Made by a program: the position numbers and the translations under genes. A DNA stretch of 64,000 nt from Firmicutes bacterium ADurb.Bin153 (GTDB lineage: Bacteria; Bacillota; DTU025; MWDF01), in assembly GCA_002070415.1 (NCBI GenBank), contig MWDF01000004.1, positions 19,677 through 83,676 of the forward strand, given 5' to 3'. This document shows positions 9,260 to 18,982 of this stretch, one piece after another (the stretch's first letter is position 1; each line of letters opens with the position of its first letter). The notes under the pieces are model-generated. The model made no database searches and was not told the DNA's origin. It worked only from the letters and a program-made list of their open reading frames with translations.

Positions 9260-10066
9260 ATGAAGAGAACGGCACAGCGACTGATCCTTGCTTTCGCACT
9301 GGTACTGCTAATAGCCCTTGCGCAGTCAGGCTGCGTCAACCAGATGCCAATCCTCGTATACGATGATTCAATGACGAACTTCGCACAGACCGCGCTGGAC
9401 AACCTCATGTACTCCTACACGGTGACCACCGGCGAGGAGGAATTCCAAGAGGCGTTGACATCGAGGGCATGGGGCCTTGTCGTATTCGACAACCCCAATA
9501 TGGGTATTAGTTGGAACGTCCTGAGCCTACTTGAGGATTACGCGGCAAACGGAGGAAGGCTTGTCGCATCGTCCTGGAACGTGGGCAACATGCCCAGCCA
9601 CGGACTGTGGGCAGCGCTCGGCTACTCATATACCAGTACTTACTACAACCTCAACGACGTGAACAGGCTGTCCGACATAGAGCCGATCCTTGACAACCCC
9701 TTAGTGGCGCCCGACCTGCTGATCTCGTCCGTAAGTGACTGGTACGGGACGAACGGCTATCCCGGCTCCGCTATCGGCGACGGCATGATGATCGCCAGCT
9801 TCAACTCCTCGACCGCCGCCGACCAGGGGGCCGTGTTCGTGGCGAATGACGGCAGGACCATCTTCAACGCATTCCTTCCCTCCGACGCGTACGATTACTT
9901 CGGATCCGACGGCGCCATCGACAGCAACAGGAACGGCATGGCCGACGCGATGGAGTGGTGGCTCGACGAGATATCGTACGTAAGCGCCCAGCCCGGCAAG
10001 AACGTGAAGCCGAGCGCAGTCATCCCGATGGGCACTTCTAAAGGAATCATCGGAAACAACAGATAG
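9260..10066 (+). CDS. Lipoprotein of unknown function (paralogue B)
   Basis: Signal peptide plus lipobox (LIALAQSGC). Collinear similarity to 7913-8728 (ILVYDDS, WGLVVFDNP, YAANGGRLV, NRNGMADAMEWWLDEISY). Confidence 0.7.
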   Translation: MKRTAQRLILAFALVLLIALAQSGCVNQMPILVYDDSMTNFAQTALDNLMYSYTVTTGEEEFQEALTSRAWGLVVFDNPNMGISWNVLSLLEDYAANGGRLVASSWNVGNMPSHGLWAALGYSYTSTYYNLNDVNRLSDIEPILDNPLVAPDLLISSVSDWYGTNGYPGSAIGDGMMIASFNSSTAADQGAVFVANDGRTIFNAFLPSDAYDYFGSDGAIDSNRNGMADAMEWWLDEISYVSAQPGKNVKPSAVIPMGTSKGIIGNNR

Positions 10067-10124
10067 CAAGGTGCGCTTGGGCGGGCTGCACGGGTCCGCT
10101 ACAGACATCGGAATATAATCGATA

Positions 10125-10172
10125 GTGCGGCGGCCGGTCCTATCATTAAGGGCGGTTGCCGCACATTTTTGT
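10125..10172 (+). terminator. Rho-independent terminator after lipoprotein B
   Basis: GTGCGGC ... GCCGCAC stem followed by ATTTTTGT. Confidence 0.6.
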
Positions 10173-10360
10173 CTGGCATCGTAATAGCTGACAACTTATT
10201 CCATATTGCCGATGAGGCACCATATTCACCAATATGTCGTATTTATAGGCTTATTGGTGAATCCACTAACTATTGAAATGAACAATACCGTCCTGTTATT
10301 ATAGTATAATGGCTTTTGCTATAATAACATTTCCGGTTATAACAACTTAGGAGAATAACG

Positions 10361-11524
10361 ATGATTAGAGGATTGCAAGGAGAATACAGGACGGTATCGA
10401 CGAGGGATGAACCAGTAAAAGCTTTCATCCCTGTGCCGTTGCCTCCGAAGCCTTCGATAGATTGGTCCGCTCAACTAAGAGAGAAGTACGATAGGGCATT
10501 GTTATCGCTCGGCAGGTTGGATTGCATATCTACCTTCCTGCCTGAAGCATCGATCTTCCTTAACATGTATGTCCGAAAGGAAGCAGTCCTATCGTCCATG
10601 ATTGAAGGGACACAGTCTTCGCTTTCTGATCTGCTTCTTTTTGAGATGGATCAAGTGCCAGGTGTGCCTTTGGATGATGTAAGGGAAGTAAGCAATTACA
10701 TAGCCGCGTTGGACCACGGGATAGAACAACTTACCGACGGCTTCCCACTCTCGCTACGGCTCGTAAAGGACATCCATCGAATACTACTTAGAAACGGTAG
10801 GGGGAAACACCAGTCGCCGGGCGAGTTTAGGCGCAGTCAGGATTGGATCGGCGGAACGAGGCCGGGAAATGCGGTCTTTGCACCTCCGCCATCAGACCAA
10901 ATCAATCCATGCCTATATGCGCTCGAGGATTTCATGCATGACAAGCACGAATATACGCCTCCTCTGTTGAAAGCGGCTTTGGTGCATGCCCAGTTCGAGA
11001 CCATCCATCCATTCCTCGATGGGAACGGTCGCCTCGGACGGTTATTGATAACCTTGATGCTATACGAGCAGAAGATGCTACATAAACCGGTATTGTATCT
11101 CAGCCTTTACTTGAAGGCAAACAGGAAGCACTACTACGACCTGTTGAATGACGTACGGCTTACAGGCGATTGGGAAGCTTGGCTTTCCTTTTTCTGCGAG
11201 GTCGTGATAAAGACATCGGATCAGGCCGTCGATACTACAAGAAGGCTTTTCGAGCTTACAAACCAGGACAGGGAGAAACTGCACGGATTCGGAAGAGCTA
11301 CCGCTTCTATGCTGAAAGTACACCAGGTATTGATCAAACGTCCCCTGGTCACATCAGGGATCCTTGTTAAAGAGATCGGTATCCTGCCTAATACTGCTAA
11401 TAAGGCTCTGTTAAAACTTCAGGAACTGGGAATATTGAAAGAGATAACGGGAAAGAAGAGAAATCGGGTATACAGTTACCGGAGATACCTAAAAATCATG
11501 GATGAGGGCACTGAGCTGCCATAA
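10361..11524 (+). CDS. Fic-family protein (class II, intramolecular inhibitory helix) with C-terminal wHTH
   Basis: Fic motif HPFLDGNGRLGRLL (HxFx[DE]GNGRxxR). N-terminal SSMIEG matches the inhibitory [ST]xxxE[GN] motif. The C-terminal ~70 aa (LVKEIGILPNTANKALLKLQELGILKE) looks like a winged helix. The locus is visibly AT-richer than its flanks. Confidence 0.9.
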   Translation: MIRGLQGEYRTVSTRDEPVKAFIPVPLPPKPSIDWSAQLREKYDRALLSLGRLDCISTFLPEASIFLNMYVRKEAVLSSMIEGTQSSLSDLLLFEMDQVPGVPLDDVREVSNYIAALDHGIEQLTDGFPLSLRLVKDIHRILLRNGRGKHQSPGEFRRSQDWIGGTRPGNAVFAPPPSDQINPCLYALEDFMHDKHEYTPPLLKAALVHAQFETIHPFLDGNGRLGRLLITLMLYEQKMLHKPVLYLSLYLKANRKHYYDLLNDVRLTGDWEAWLSFFCEVVIKTSDQAVDTTRRLFELTNQDREKLHGFGRATASMLKVHQVLIKRPLVTSGILVKEIGILPNTANKALLKLQELGILKEITGKKRNRVYSYRRYLKIMDEGTELP

Positions 11525-12575
11525 TCACGCTCACACAGATGCGGTATGCTATTTACACCAGGCTGTAGGGTAGGTTGGTCGATTTGGGACATTTGTCTTT
11601 GGCGGCGACCATCTTGTTGCAGAGGTAGTCGCCGCTTTTATCATGTTGCCTTCCGGTCACTGATGAATTGGTCGTCTTCTCGCCGTCCACCGGGCGCCAT
11701 CTTACCTGTGTAGGCGCTCTCGATGTGCTTGGATACCAGTGCGCTGCTGTAACTGAATGCGTATTAGAATAACCTCGGTAGAGTACGTATTCATGTGAAT
11801 GACAGACGTATGAACTGTTATATATCGCCGTTTATCGCGCCCTTGGATTGTCGTCTTCCCCGGTCAATCTGACAACGCTCTTCCCACTGTGGCAAGTCCA
11901 GGTATGAGGCCGGGAACGTTTGGCAATGCCGTCATACCGTTAATGACCTCGACTCATTCCGACGATAGTATCCCTGCAGATATCCCATGGCATCTAGGTC
12001 CTTAGCTATAGAAATCACCCGACTGGTGCATTAGCAGCTTAAAATTGGCATAGTCTGAATCGTCGCATTATCTGTAAAGTACGGTCTCCATTGCGCAATA
12101 TCAGGAAAACAGATACGGAGTTGTGGCAGTACAGCCATTGAGCTCCAGCCGGTAAGATCGTCATTGTCGTTGAAAGCCGCGTGCCACGATTTCGTGCACA
12201 CAACGAGAAGACCATGAGGACAATCAAGCGCGGGGATACGTTCAAGTACGCTCTGAACGGCGGTACGCTAGTTTTCGGTATGAAGCTGGTCAAGTACCCT
12301 TCGGATGAGTACATACCCTTCCTATATGGGTGCAAACGGCCGATTTCAATGAGGAGTACACGTTGGTGTTCAAGAAGATCAAGGTAGTATGCTCCGGGGA
12401 TCAGGCGCCAAAATAGGTGGGTGTCTTTTCTGGACCAGGCGGATCTTACGATAGAGGGGCTTGTCCGACCACAGGACCTGGCAGTCCCCTATCCTTTCCC
12501 TGTTCCTGGCTAAACCACCCGGGTCGTTGCGGGTAGTCTACACGTCGAACAGTCTCCATCCGCCACAATTCAGCA

Positions 12576-13559
12576 TCAGGCCAGGCAATCTTCTATCACT
12601 CTTTGTGCGTTCCTGTACGCCAGCTTCTCTATGGTGCCGTATACGACGCCGTCTTCCGCCAGCTTGTCGAATACCATGTACATCCTCGATATGTCCGGCA
12701 CTTCCAGGTTGCCGCTTATCCCGTCGAGGTCGGATCCGAGCGCGATGACGTCGGTGCCCCCGACCTTGATCATATGCCTTATGTGCTCGGACATCATCTC
12801 GACCGTGCTGTCCTGGCATTTCGGATCCGGCCCGAGGAAGATCGGCGCGAAGTTCATCCCTATGACGCCGCCCTTGTCGGCCACCACCTTTATCATGTCG
12901 TCCGTCAGGTTCCTCCTGTGCGGGCATACGGCCCTGCAGTTAGAGTGCGACGCGACGAAAGGCCTTGTGGATATTCTGGCTACGTCCCAGAAGCCGCCGT
13001 CGGAAAGGTGCGATACGTCGATGAGCATCCCAGCCGAGTTCATGTACCCTATGGCTTCCCTGCCGAAATCGGTGAGGCCCTTTCCCATTATCTCGGCGTC
13101 GTCTGAGTTGGGCCAGCCGAAGCAATTGGCGTAGTTCCAAGTGAAGGAGATGAGCCTTACACCCATGCCGTAATATCTTGCGAGGTTGTCCATGCTGCCG
13201 TTTACGCTGCGCCCGTCCTCGATCGTGAGGAAGGCCGACATCTTGCCATCCTGCTCGTTTTTTAGCATCTCGTCGGCGTTACGCGCAAACGCTATGATAT
13301 CCTCGTACATTGTGAGGTTTTTCGCGAGTGTTTCGCTGAGCCGCGCTATGTAATCCTCGTCCGAGACCTCGTCGAACTCCGCTTCCGGCTCGAAGCGCTT
13401 TACATCTGGCGAGAGCATGTACATCGCGAAGAACTGGGCGAGCTGCCCTGCGTCTTTCATGCGCTTGAAGTCCACCATGCCTTCCATCTCGTACATGTCG
13501 TCCTGCTTGTACAGGAAGGTGTTCATGAGCGTGTCGCAGTGAAGGTCGATGAATTTCAT
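12576..13559 (-). CDS. Membrane dipeptidase family (peptidase M19)
   Basis: FIDLHCDTL start, ...SHLSDGGFWD..., ASHSNCRAV, LGSDLDG: the M19 zinc-ligand pattern. Confidence 0.88.
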   Translation of the reverse strand: MKFIDLHCDTLMNTFLYKQDDMYEMEGMVDFKRMKDAGQLAQFFAMYMLSPDVKRFEPEAEFDEVSDEDYIARLSETLAKNLTMYEDIIAFARNADEMLKNEQDGKMSAFLTIEDGRSVNGSMDNLARYYGMGVRLISFTWNYANCFGWPNSDDAEIMGKGLTDFGREAIGYMNSAGMLIDVSHLSDGGFWDVARISTRPFVASHSNCRAVCPHRRNLTDDMIKVVADKGGVIGMNFAPIFLGPDPKCQDSTVEMMSEHIRHMIKVGGTDVIALGSDLDGISGNLEVPDISRMYMVFDKLAEDGVVYGTIEKLAYRNAQRVIEDCLA

Positions 13560-13663
13560 CTCTTCGCTCCTTACGGTAAGAATATGAAGACGGCGTCGGT
13601 GATTGCGCCGACGGCCGGCCCCCTTTGGATATATGTTATGCCATATGCTGCCGCCGTACCAAC

Positions 13664-14122
13664 CTACCTTGCGTTTAGCAGGTATTCCGGAAGGCTTGCG
13701 ACGAACTCCCTGATCTCGTCCCTGATCTTCCTGTATGCCTCGAGCTCCTCGTCCTGGTTCTCGGCGCCCAAGGCCAGCCTCATCGGGTGGACGAAGCGCC
13801 TATGGACCCTCTTTATCTGCCCGAGCTCCGCCGGCAGGTTCTCGCTCGCATAGCCGCACAGCGTGATGACGTAGTCGAAGTCTATGCCTTGAAGGTCCTC
13901 GACGGTTTTCGACCTGTTGCCGCTTATGTCTATGCCGACTTCCTTCATCACGGCCGCCGCGCTGGCATCTATGCCGTGCTTTTCTATGCCGGCCGAATAG
14001 GCGTCGATGACATCGCCCTTCAGCTTCTTGGTCCAGCCCTCTGCCATCTGGCTCCTGCACGAGTTGCCCGAGCACAGGAACAGGACCTTCATCCTCTTGT
14101 CCTTGTCCTCCATCCAGGCCAC
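13664..14122 (-). CDS. arsC: Arsenate reductase, LMW-PTP family (thioredoxin-coupled type)
   Basis: VLFLCSGNSCRSQMAEGW P-loop (CX5R). Downstream ITLCG... may supply a second Cys of the Cys triad. The start is uncertain (14122, 14113 or 14092). Confidence 0.8.
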   Translation of the reverse strand: MAWMEDKDKRMKVLFLCSGNSCRSQMAEGWTKKLKGDVIDAYSAGIEKHGIDASAAAVMKEVGIDISGNRSKTVEDLQGIDFDYVITLCGYASENLPAELGQIKRVHRRFVHPMRLALGAENQDEELEAYRKIRDEIREFVASLPEYLLNAR

Positions 14123-14369
14123 CCCCTCCGATCGGGTACTTCTAAAGAGGATTATAATCCTACGGGGGCCGTCATGGGTTCAAGTCCTTGCGCGCGCCTG
14201 ACAAGCAGCTGACGACCTCCTCGCATGCCGGTCGCCATTTCACTTGAGTTCCGTGGTCGCACGGTTCCGTCGGGCGGGTCGTCCTATTTACAGGATATCC
14301 CATACCGAAGGCGAATAGTTCATTTGCACTTGCTTTTTAGCATAGGAGTAATAGAATCTATGAGGACTT

Positions 14370-15072
14370 GTGAAAGAAGTGCATCTAATGACTATAATCG
14401 ATGCTTTCAAAAAGAGTCTGAGGGCGAAGATCCTTCTGGGATACTTCGTGGTGATAGGAATTCTCATGCTCGTCGGCTTATGGACCGTCCTTAGCTCCAT
14501 AGCCATAAACAGGGCCGTAGAGGCCATCACGATAGACAGCTACAGAAGTCTTGCCGCCGTCCACGGCATGCTCAACTCCCTCGACAAGATGAACATGGCC
14601 CAATCAGAGATGCTCCTGGGCAACGATACCGCCGATAACGAGCATCTTTACTGGGAAGCCGACAAGGGTTTCAGGAAGAGCCTTTCCGATGCCCTATCCA
14701 ATATCACATACCCCGGCGAGGAAGCCGCCCTTAATGCCATCACCGACCTCTACGACGCATACTTCAACGGAATGACCAACACGAGGGCCTTCATCCTTTC
14801 AGGTAACGAGGCCGAGGCCGGGACCAGGCACAATGAAGCCGTGGGCGCCTATAACCAGCTGATGCTGAAGCTGGAAGAGCTATACACGATAAACCAGGAT
14901 TATATGGTGAAGTCCACGGACAACGCCAGGAGCATCACCTCCAGGGCTATTAACTCCGCGTCCCTCGTCAGTGTAATAGGCCTTGTCGTCGCCCTCTACC
15001 TTGGGTACAAGGTGTCGGATGTAATCATCGCCCCCACGAAGCTGCTTACAGAGAGCGCAAGGAGGGTCGAAT
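14370..15072 (+). pseudogene. 5' fragment of a membrane sensor (TM - four-helix-bundle sensor - TM - start of HAMP), 3' part deleted
   Basis: aa 1-234 show TM1 (ILLGYFVVIGILMLVGLWTVL), a helical periplasmic domain, TM2 (LVSVIGLVVALYLGY) and the HAMP start (IIAPTKLLTESARRVE). From about nt 15072 the ORF (which nominally runs to 15587) reads the antisense of the ABC permease. There is no signalling or kinase domain. Confidence 0.7.
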
Positions 15073-15550
15073 CCCCGATGTTCCTGAACGCCCTGCTGAA
15101 ACCGGATACGGACGCGCCTTGCGTTATGACGAGGGCTATGCCCTGGGAGATGCCCATCATGCCGAACGTCGCTATCCAGTGGTGGAAGCCCCAGCTCGAC
15201 ACCAGATATCCCGTGAAGGCGCCGCAAAGGGAGCCCGCGGCAAGTCCCGCCAGCACCGCTATCGGCAGCGGAAGGCCCGCTTTAAGCGCCAGGGCCGTCA
15301 CGACCCCTGAGAGTGTCATTACCCCTCCGATCGAAAGGTCGATCATTCCCGACAGGATCGCAAGCGTCATGCCGAGCGAGGCTATGAAGAGGACGGAGCC
15401 CTGCAGGGCGATGTTCGCGAAGTTGGCGAGGGAGAAGAAGCCCCTTGCCGTGAACGAGAACACGCCGACTACGGCTATGATGGCGATGAGCACGCCCGAT
15501 ACCCTGAACTTCGGGCTGCCTGCGGATCTTGCTATGTCGTGCCGCTTCAT
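15066..15550 (-). pseudogene. 5' fragment (~160 codons) of a ribose/sugar-type ABC permease, 3' half deleted
   Basis: From ATG 15548-15550 (ATGA overlap with the ATPase stop) it reads MKRHDIARSAG...FANIALQGSVLFIASLGMTLAILSGMIDLSIGGVMTLSG...GFSRAFRNIGD, typical of RbsC/branched sugar permeases. These are normally about 320 aa. After about nt 15070 the frame continues into the antisense of the sensor gene and stops at 14996. Confidence 0.7.
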
Positions 15551-17070
15551 CCGGCCACCTCCTTCCCCATCGCAAGGCCCAGGATGAGTTCCTGGTTCGC
15601 GTCGGCTTGCATTACCTCTCCTGTTATCCTTCCTTCGTGCATCACGTAGATGCGGTCGCACACGCTTATGATCTCGGGCAGCTCGGAGGATATCATGAGT
15701 ATGCCGACGCCTTCTTCGACCAGGTCCCCCATTATCTTGTAGATCTCCTGCTTCGCGCCCACGTCTATGCCCCTGGTCGGCTCGTCGAATATGAGGACGC
15801 GCGAGCCGGAGGCCAGCCATTTCGCGATGACGACCTTCTGCTGAGTGCCGCCGGACAGGAACTTGGCGAGCTTCTGCACCGAAGGCGTCGCCACCCTGAG
15901 CTCGTCTACGTACTTCCTGGCGACCTTTCTCTCCTTGGAGCCGTTGATGAAGGGCCCCGTGGACACCTTGTCGAGGGATGCCTGCACTATGTTGTCCTTC
16001 ACGGACATGATGAGGGCGAGGCCCTGTTCCTTCCTGTCCTCGGGGACGAAGCCGACGCCCTTCGCCACCATGGCGCCCGGGCTGCCCGCTTTGATCTCGC
16101 CGCCGAACAGGCTGACCTTACCCGAATCCTTCGGGTCGGCCCCGAATATCGCCCTGGCTACTTCGGTCCTGCCCGCGCCGACGAGGCCCGAGATGCCCAC
16201 TATCTCGCCTTCCCTTACGTACAGCGAGACGTCCTCGAACTTGCCGTCGGAGCTGAGCCCTTCCACCCTCAGGACTTCCTTGCCGAGCTTGACGGGGGGC
16301 TTCTCGAAGCGTTTCTCGATGCGCCTCCCGACCATCATCGCCACCAGCTCGTCCATCGTTATGCCAGACGGGTCCTCGACGGTGGCGACGTACAGCCCGT
16401 CTCTTAGCACCGTTATCCTGTCGGCTATCCGGAAAATCTCCTCCATGCGGTGGGAGATGTAGACGATGGACACGCCCTTCTTCGTGAGGTTCGCTATCGT
16501 CGCGAAGAGCTGCTCGATCTCCCTTGTGGTGAGAGTCGCCGTCGGCTCGTCCATTATGAGCACCTTCGCGTTCATCGAAAGGGCCTTCGCCACCTCCACC
16601 ATCTGGCGCTGCGCCACGCCGAGCTCCTTGACGGGAGTCCTCGTGTCCAGCACCATGCCCAGCGAGCGAAGCAGTTGCTTGGATTCTTCGTGCATGCGCT
16701 CCTCGTCGAGCACTTTAAGCGGGCCCTTCACGGGCTCCCTGCCGAGGAATATGTTCTGCGCCACGTTCCTGAACGGCAGGAGGTTGAATTCCTGGTGGAT
16801 CATGCTGATGCCAAGGCCCTCGGCGTGCTTCGTGTCCCTGACTTCCACGTCCGTCCCGCAGAGGTTGATCCTGCCGCAGTCCTTCCCATAGACTCCGCAG
16901 AGGATCTTCATGAGGGTGGACTTGCCGGCGCCGTTCTCGCCCACCAGGACGTGCACCTCGCCCTCCCTGAGGTCGAAGCTGACCTTGTCGAGGGCGGTCA
17001 TGCCCGGGAAGGTCTTCGTGATGTCACACATCCTTAGGATGTACTTTCCGTCCAATTGAACGCCTCCCAT
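15547..17070 (-). CDS. Sugar ABC transporter ATP-binding protein (duplicated ABC domains, RbsA/MglA type)
   Basis: 507 aa. First domain: Walker A GENGAGKST, signature LGVAQRQ, Walker B LIMDEPT. Second domain: GLVGAGRTE, LSGGTQQK, LIFDEPTRGID. Confidence 0.92.
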   Translation of the reverse strand: MGGVQLDGKYILRMCDITKTFPGMTALDKVSFDLREGEVHVLVGENGAGKSTLMKILCGVYGKDCGRINLCGTDVEVRDTKHAEGLGISMIHQEFNLLPFRNVAQNIFLGREPVKGPLKVLDEERMHEESKQLLRSLGMVLDTRTPVKELGVAQRQMVEVAKALSMNAKVLIMDEPTATLTTREIEQLFATIANLTKKGVSIVYISHRMEEIFRIADRITVLRDGLYVATVEDPSGITMDELVAMMVGRRIEKRFEKPPVKLGKEVLRVEGLSSDGKFEDVSLYVREGEIVGISGLVGAGRTEVARAIFGADPKDSGKVSLFGGEIKAGSPGAMVAKGVGFVPEDRKEQGLALIMSVKDNIVQASLDKVSTGPFINGSKERKVARKYVDELRVATPSVQKLAKFLSGGTQQKVVIAKWLASGSRVLIFDEPTRGIDVGAKQEIYKIMGDLVEEGVGILMISSELPEIISVCDRIYVMHEGRITGEVMQADANQELILGLAMGKEVAG

Positions 17071-17072
17071 GA

Positions 17073-17738
17073 CTACAGGCCGAATCTCCTGTAGAGATGT
17101 TCGCGGATGTTCTCGATGTGCTCCGCCATGGCCGCTTCCGCGGCGTCCGGGTCCTTGGATGAGATGGCCCGGAATATGCGCCTGTGGTGTCCCAGGGATT
17201 CCCTCGCCTGGTCCGCGTCTCCCACGGAGAGGTAGGTGAGCCTGCTGATCTGCTCTCCCAGGGATTTCAGTATCGCCTCGAGCCTAAGGTTTCCGCAGCA
17301 GGACAGTATTATGGAGTGCATCCCGAGGTCGTTTTCGAGATATCCCAGGTAGTCGGACCTATCGAGGCATCCTTCCATCGCGGCTATCCTCTCTTCGACC
17401 CTATCTATGTCGTCCGCGGTGGCGTTGTCCGTGCAAAGCCTCGCCGCCAGTGTCTCGAGCCGCGACCTGATCTGGATTATCTCCTTTACGTCCATGATGC
17501 TTATGTCGGCGACTTCGGCCTCCCTGTTGGGCACAAGCTTCACCAGGCCGTCCATTGCGAGGAGCTTGAAGGCCTCCCTGACCGGTGTCCTGCTTACGCC
17601 GAGGCTCTCCGCGAGCTGCCTTTCGAGCAGGGGCTCGCCCGGTTTCAGAGTGTTGTCCATTATCGCCTTCTTGATCGTCTGGTAGACCTGCGCGCTAAGG
17701 TTGGGTTTGCGCTGGGGCATGTCGTTTTTGAGATTCAT
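17073..17738 (-). CDS. GntR-family transcriptional regulator (FadR/FCD subfamily)
   Basis: wHTH: LSAQVYQTIKKAIMDNTLKPGEPLLERQLAESLGVSRTPVREAFKLLAMDGLV. The C-terminal domain is all-helical with HHRRIFRAI. The start was trimmed to ATG 17736-17738. Confidence 0.88.
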   Translation of the reverse strand: MNLKNDMPQRKPNLSAQVYQTIKKAIMDNTLKPGEPLLERQLAESLGVSRTPVREAFKLLAMDGLVKLVPNREAEVADISIMDVKEIIQIRSRLETLAARLCTDNATADDIDRVEERIAAMEGCLDRSDYLGYLENDLGMHSIILSCCGNLRLEAILKSLGEQISRLTYLSVGDADQARESLGHHRRIFRAISSKDPDAAEAAMAEHIENIREHLYRRFGL

Positions 17739-17807
17739 GGTTAACACGTCCTTAATCGCCCTCGGGCGCGGCGCTTTTAGGGCGCCGCGCAATCGGGGCG
17801 TCGGCTA

Positions 17808-18779
17808 TCAATAGGGGGGCCAGGCTATCACGTAGATGTGCTTCCCGCCCTTGAGGGGGCCTCTGAGGTAGTCTTCGAGCTCCTCTGCGGTGAAGCGGTT
17901 GGTAGTCATGTCCGCCGGGGGCAGCGTGCCCGCCGGGAATTTCTCGAGTATGTCGTTGACAAGCTTCTCGGTGTAGTCAAGCAGAGCGTTGACCGCTGGG
18001 CGGACCTTCTCGGCGTCGGCTAGCGTGGCCTTTCCGACCACTCCTTCGGGGTTGCCCTTTATCTCGATCGTGCCTCCTCCGACGTGCGCGTACCAGGGTA
18101 TTGGCCTCTGGTAGATGTTGCCGGCGGAGTCGATGTGGCCCTTGGGCAGGAAGCCGTGGAACTTAGTGTCGACAGCGTCTTCCATCTTGATCATCTCGGG
18201 GAACAGCGCCAGGGACATCGAGGTCTCGGCCTCGTCGGCGTGCACGAAAGGTGTCTCGAGGACGCCGCCGTGCTCCTTGTCCTTGAGGTAGTCCGGTATG
18301 GCGTAGTACCAGTTGAGGTTGACGAGCACGCTCGGGACCTGGAAGCGGCGCGCGAAACGGTGTAGGGCCGTCGGGATGACGTATTCCTGCCCATGCCCGT
18401 TGAGGAGTATCTGCTTCCTGAACCCCATGTTCCAGAATCCGGCGATTATGGAGCTGAGGTATGCCGTGAAGGTATCCTCGTCCACCGGTACGGTACCCGG
18501 CATCCCTATGTGGTGGTAGGGGTGGGTCCCGAACCAGACGGGCTGCGAGACGGTGCATCCGGTCCTCTTGGCCACCTGCTCTGCCATCCTTGTCACGAGG
18601 AAGGTGTCCTCTCCGTAGCACGCGTGGGGGCCGTGGGCTTCGGTGCTTCCGACCGGGATTATTATGACGTCGTTCTTCTTGAGCCTTTCCTGGACTTCCT
18701 TGCCGGTCATGTTCTGGAAGTAGATTCCGTCGGCAAGGTCGAGATGTCCTCCGGCCGGTGGTATCTGCCACTTAGACAA
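17808..18779 (-). CDS. Creatininase-family amidohydrolase
   Basis: IIIPVGSTEAHGPHACYGEDT and HADEAETS match the creatininase/MftE-family metal-ligand pattern. The protein is 323 aa, longer at the C-terminus than classical creatininase. Confidence 0.7.
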   Translation of the reverse strand: MSKWQIPPAGGHLDLADGIYFQNMTGKEVQERLKKNDVIIIPVGSTEAHGPHACYGEDTFLVTRMAEQVAKRTGCTVSQPVWFGTHPYHHIGMPGTVPVDEDTFTAYLSSIIAGFWNMGFRKQILLNGHGQEYVIPTALHRFARRFQVPSVLVNLNWYYAIPDYLKDKEHGGVLETPFVHADEAETSMSLALFPEMIKMEDAVDTKFHGFLPKGHIDSAGNIYQRPIPWYAHVGGGTIEIKGNPEGVVGKATLADAEKVRPAVNALLDYTEKLVNDILEKFPAGTLPPADMTTNRFTAEELEDYLRGPLKGGKHIYVIAWPPY

Positions 18780-18982
18780 ATCCGATTCCTCCTTGTATGT
18801 TAGATTTGAATGCTCGTTTCAGTTGGTGCTCCGATGGTATACACTTGGTATACCAATGATTAGATTCTATACCTCCTCGGGAAATCCTTCAAGACACCAG
18901 GAAAAAAGAAAGAATTATCATGCATTAGAAAAATGTTCGGTTTATCGATAAGATATAGTAAGCAAACTACGGAGGTAGCAAC

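Noticed and set aside
12039-12387. Overlapping ORFs 12039-12335 (-, 98 aa) and 12181-12387 (+, 68 aa) in the low-GC gap.
   Set aside because: The minus ORF has an implausible composition. The plus ORF is protein-like only for ~40 codons and then needs a frameshift. I treat both as debris of a decayed element, not as genes.
14176-14187. GGGTTCAAGTCC, which looks like a tRNA T-loop. It might have marked a tRNA gene or an att-site remnant upstream of arsC.
   Set aside because: The flanks cannot form a T-stem (ATGGG versus CCTTG) or an acceptor stem. No cloverleaf can be drawn.
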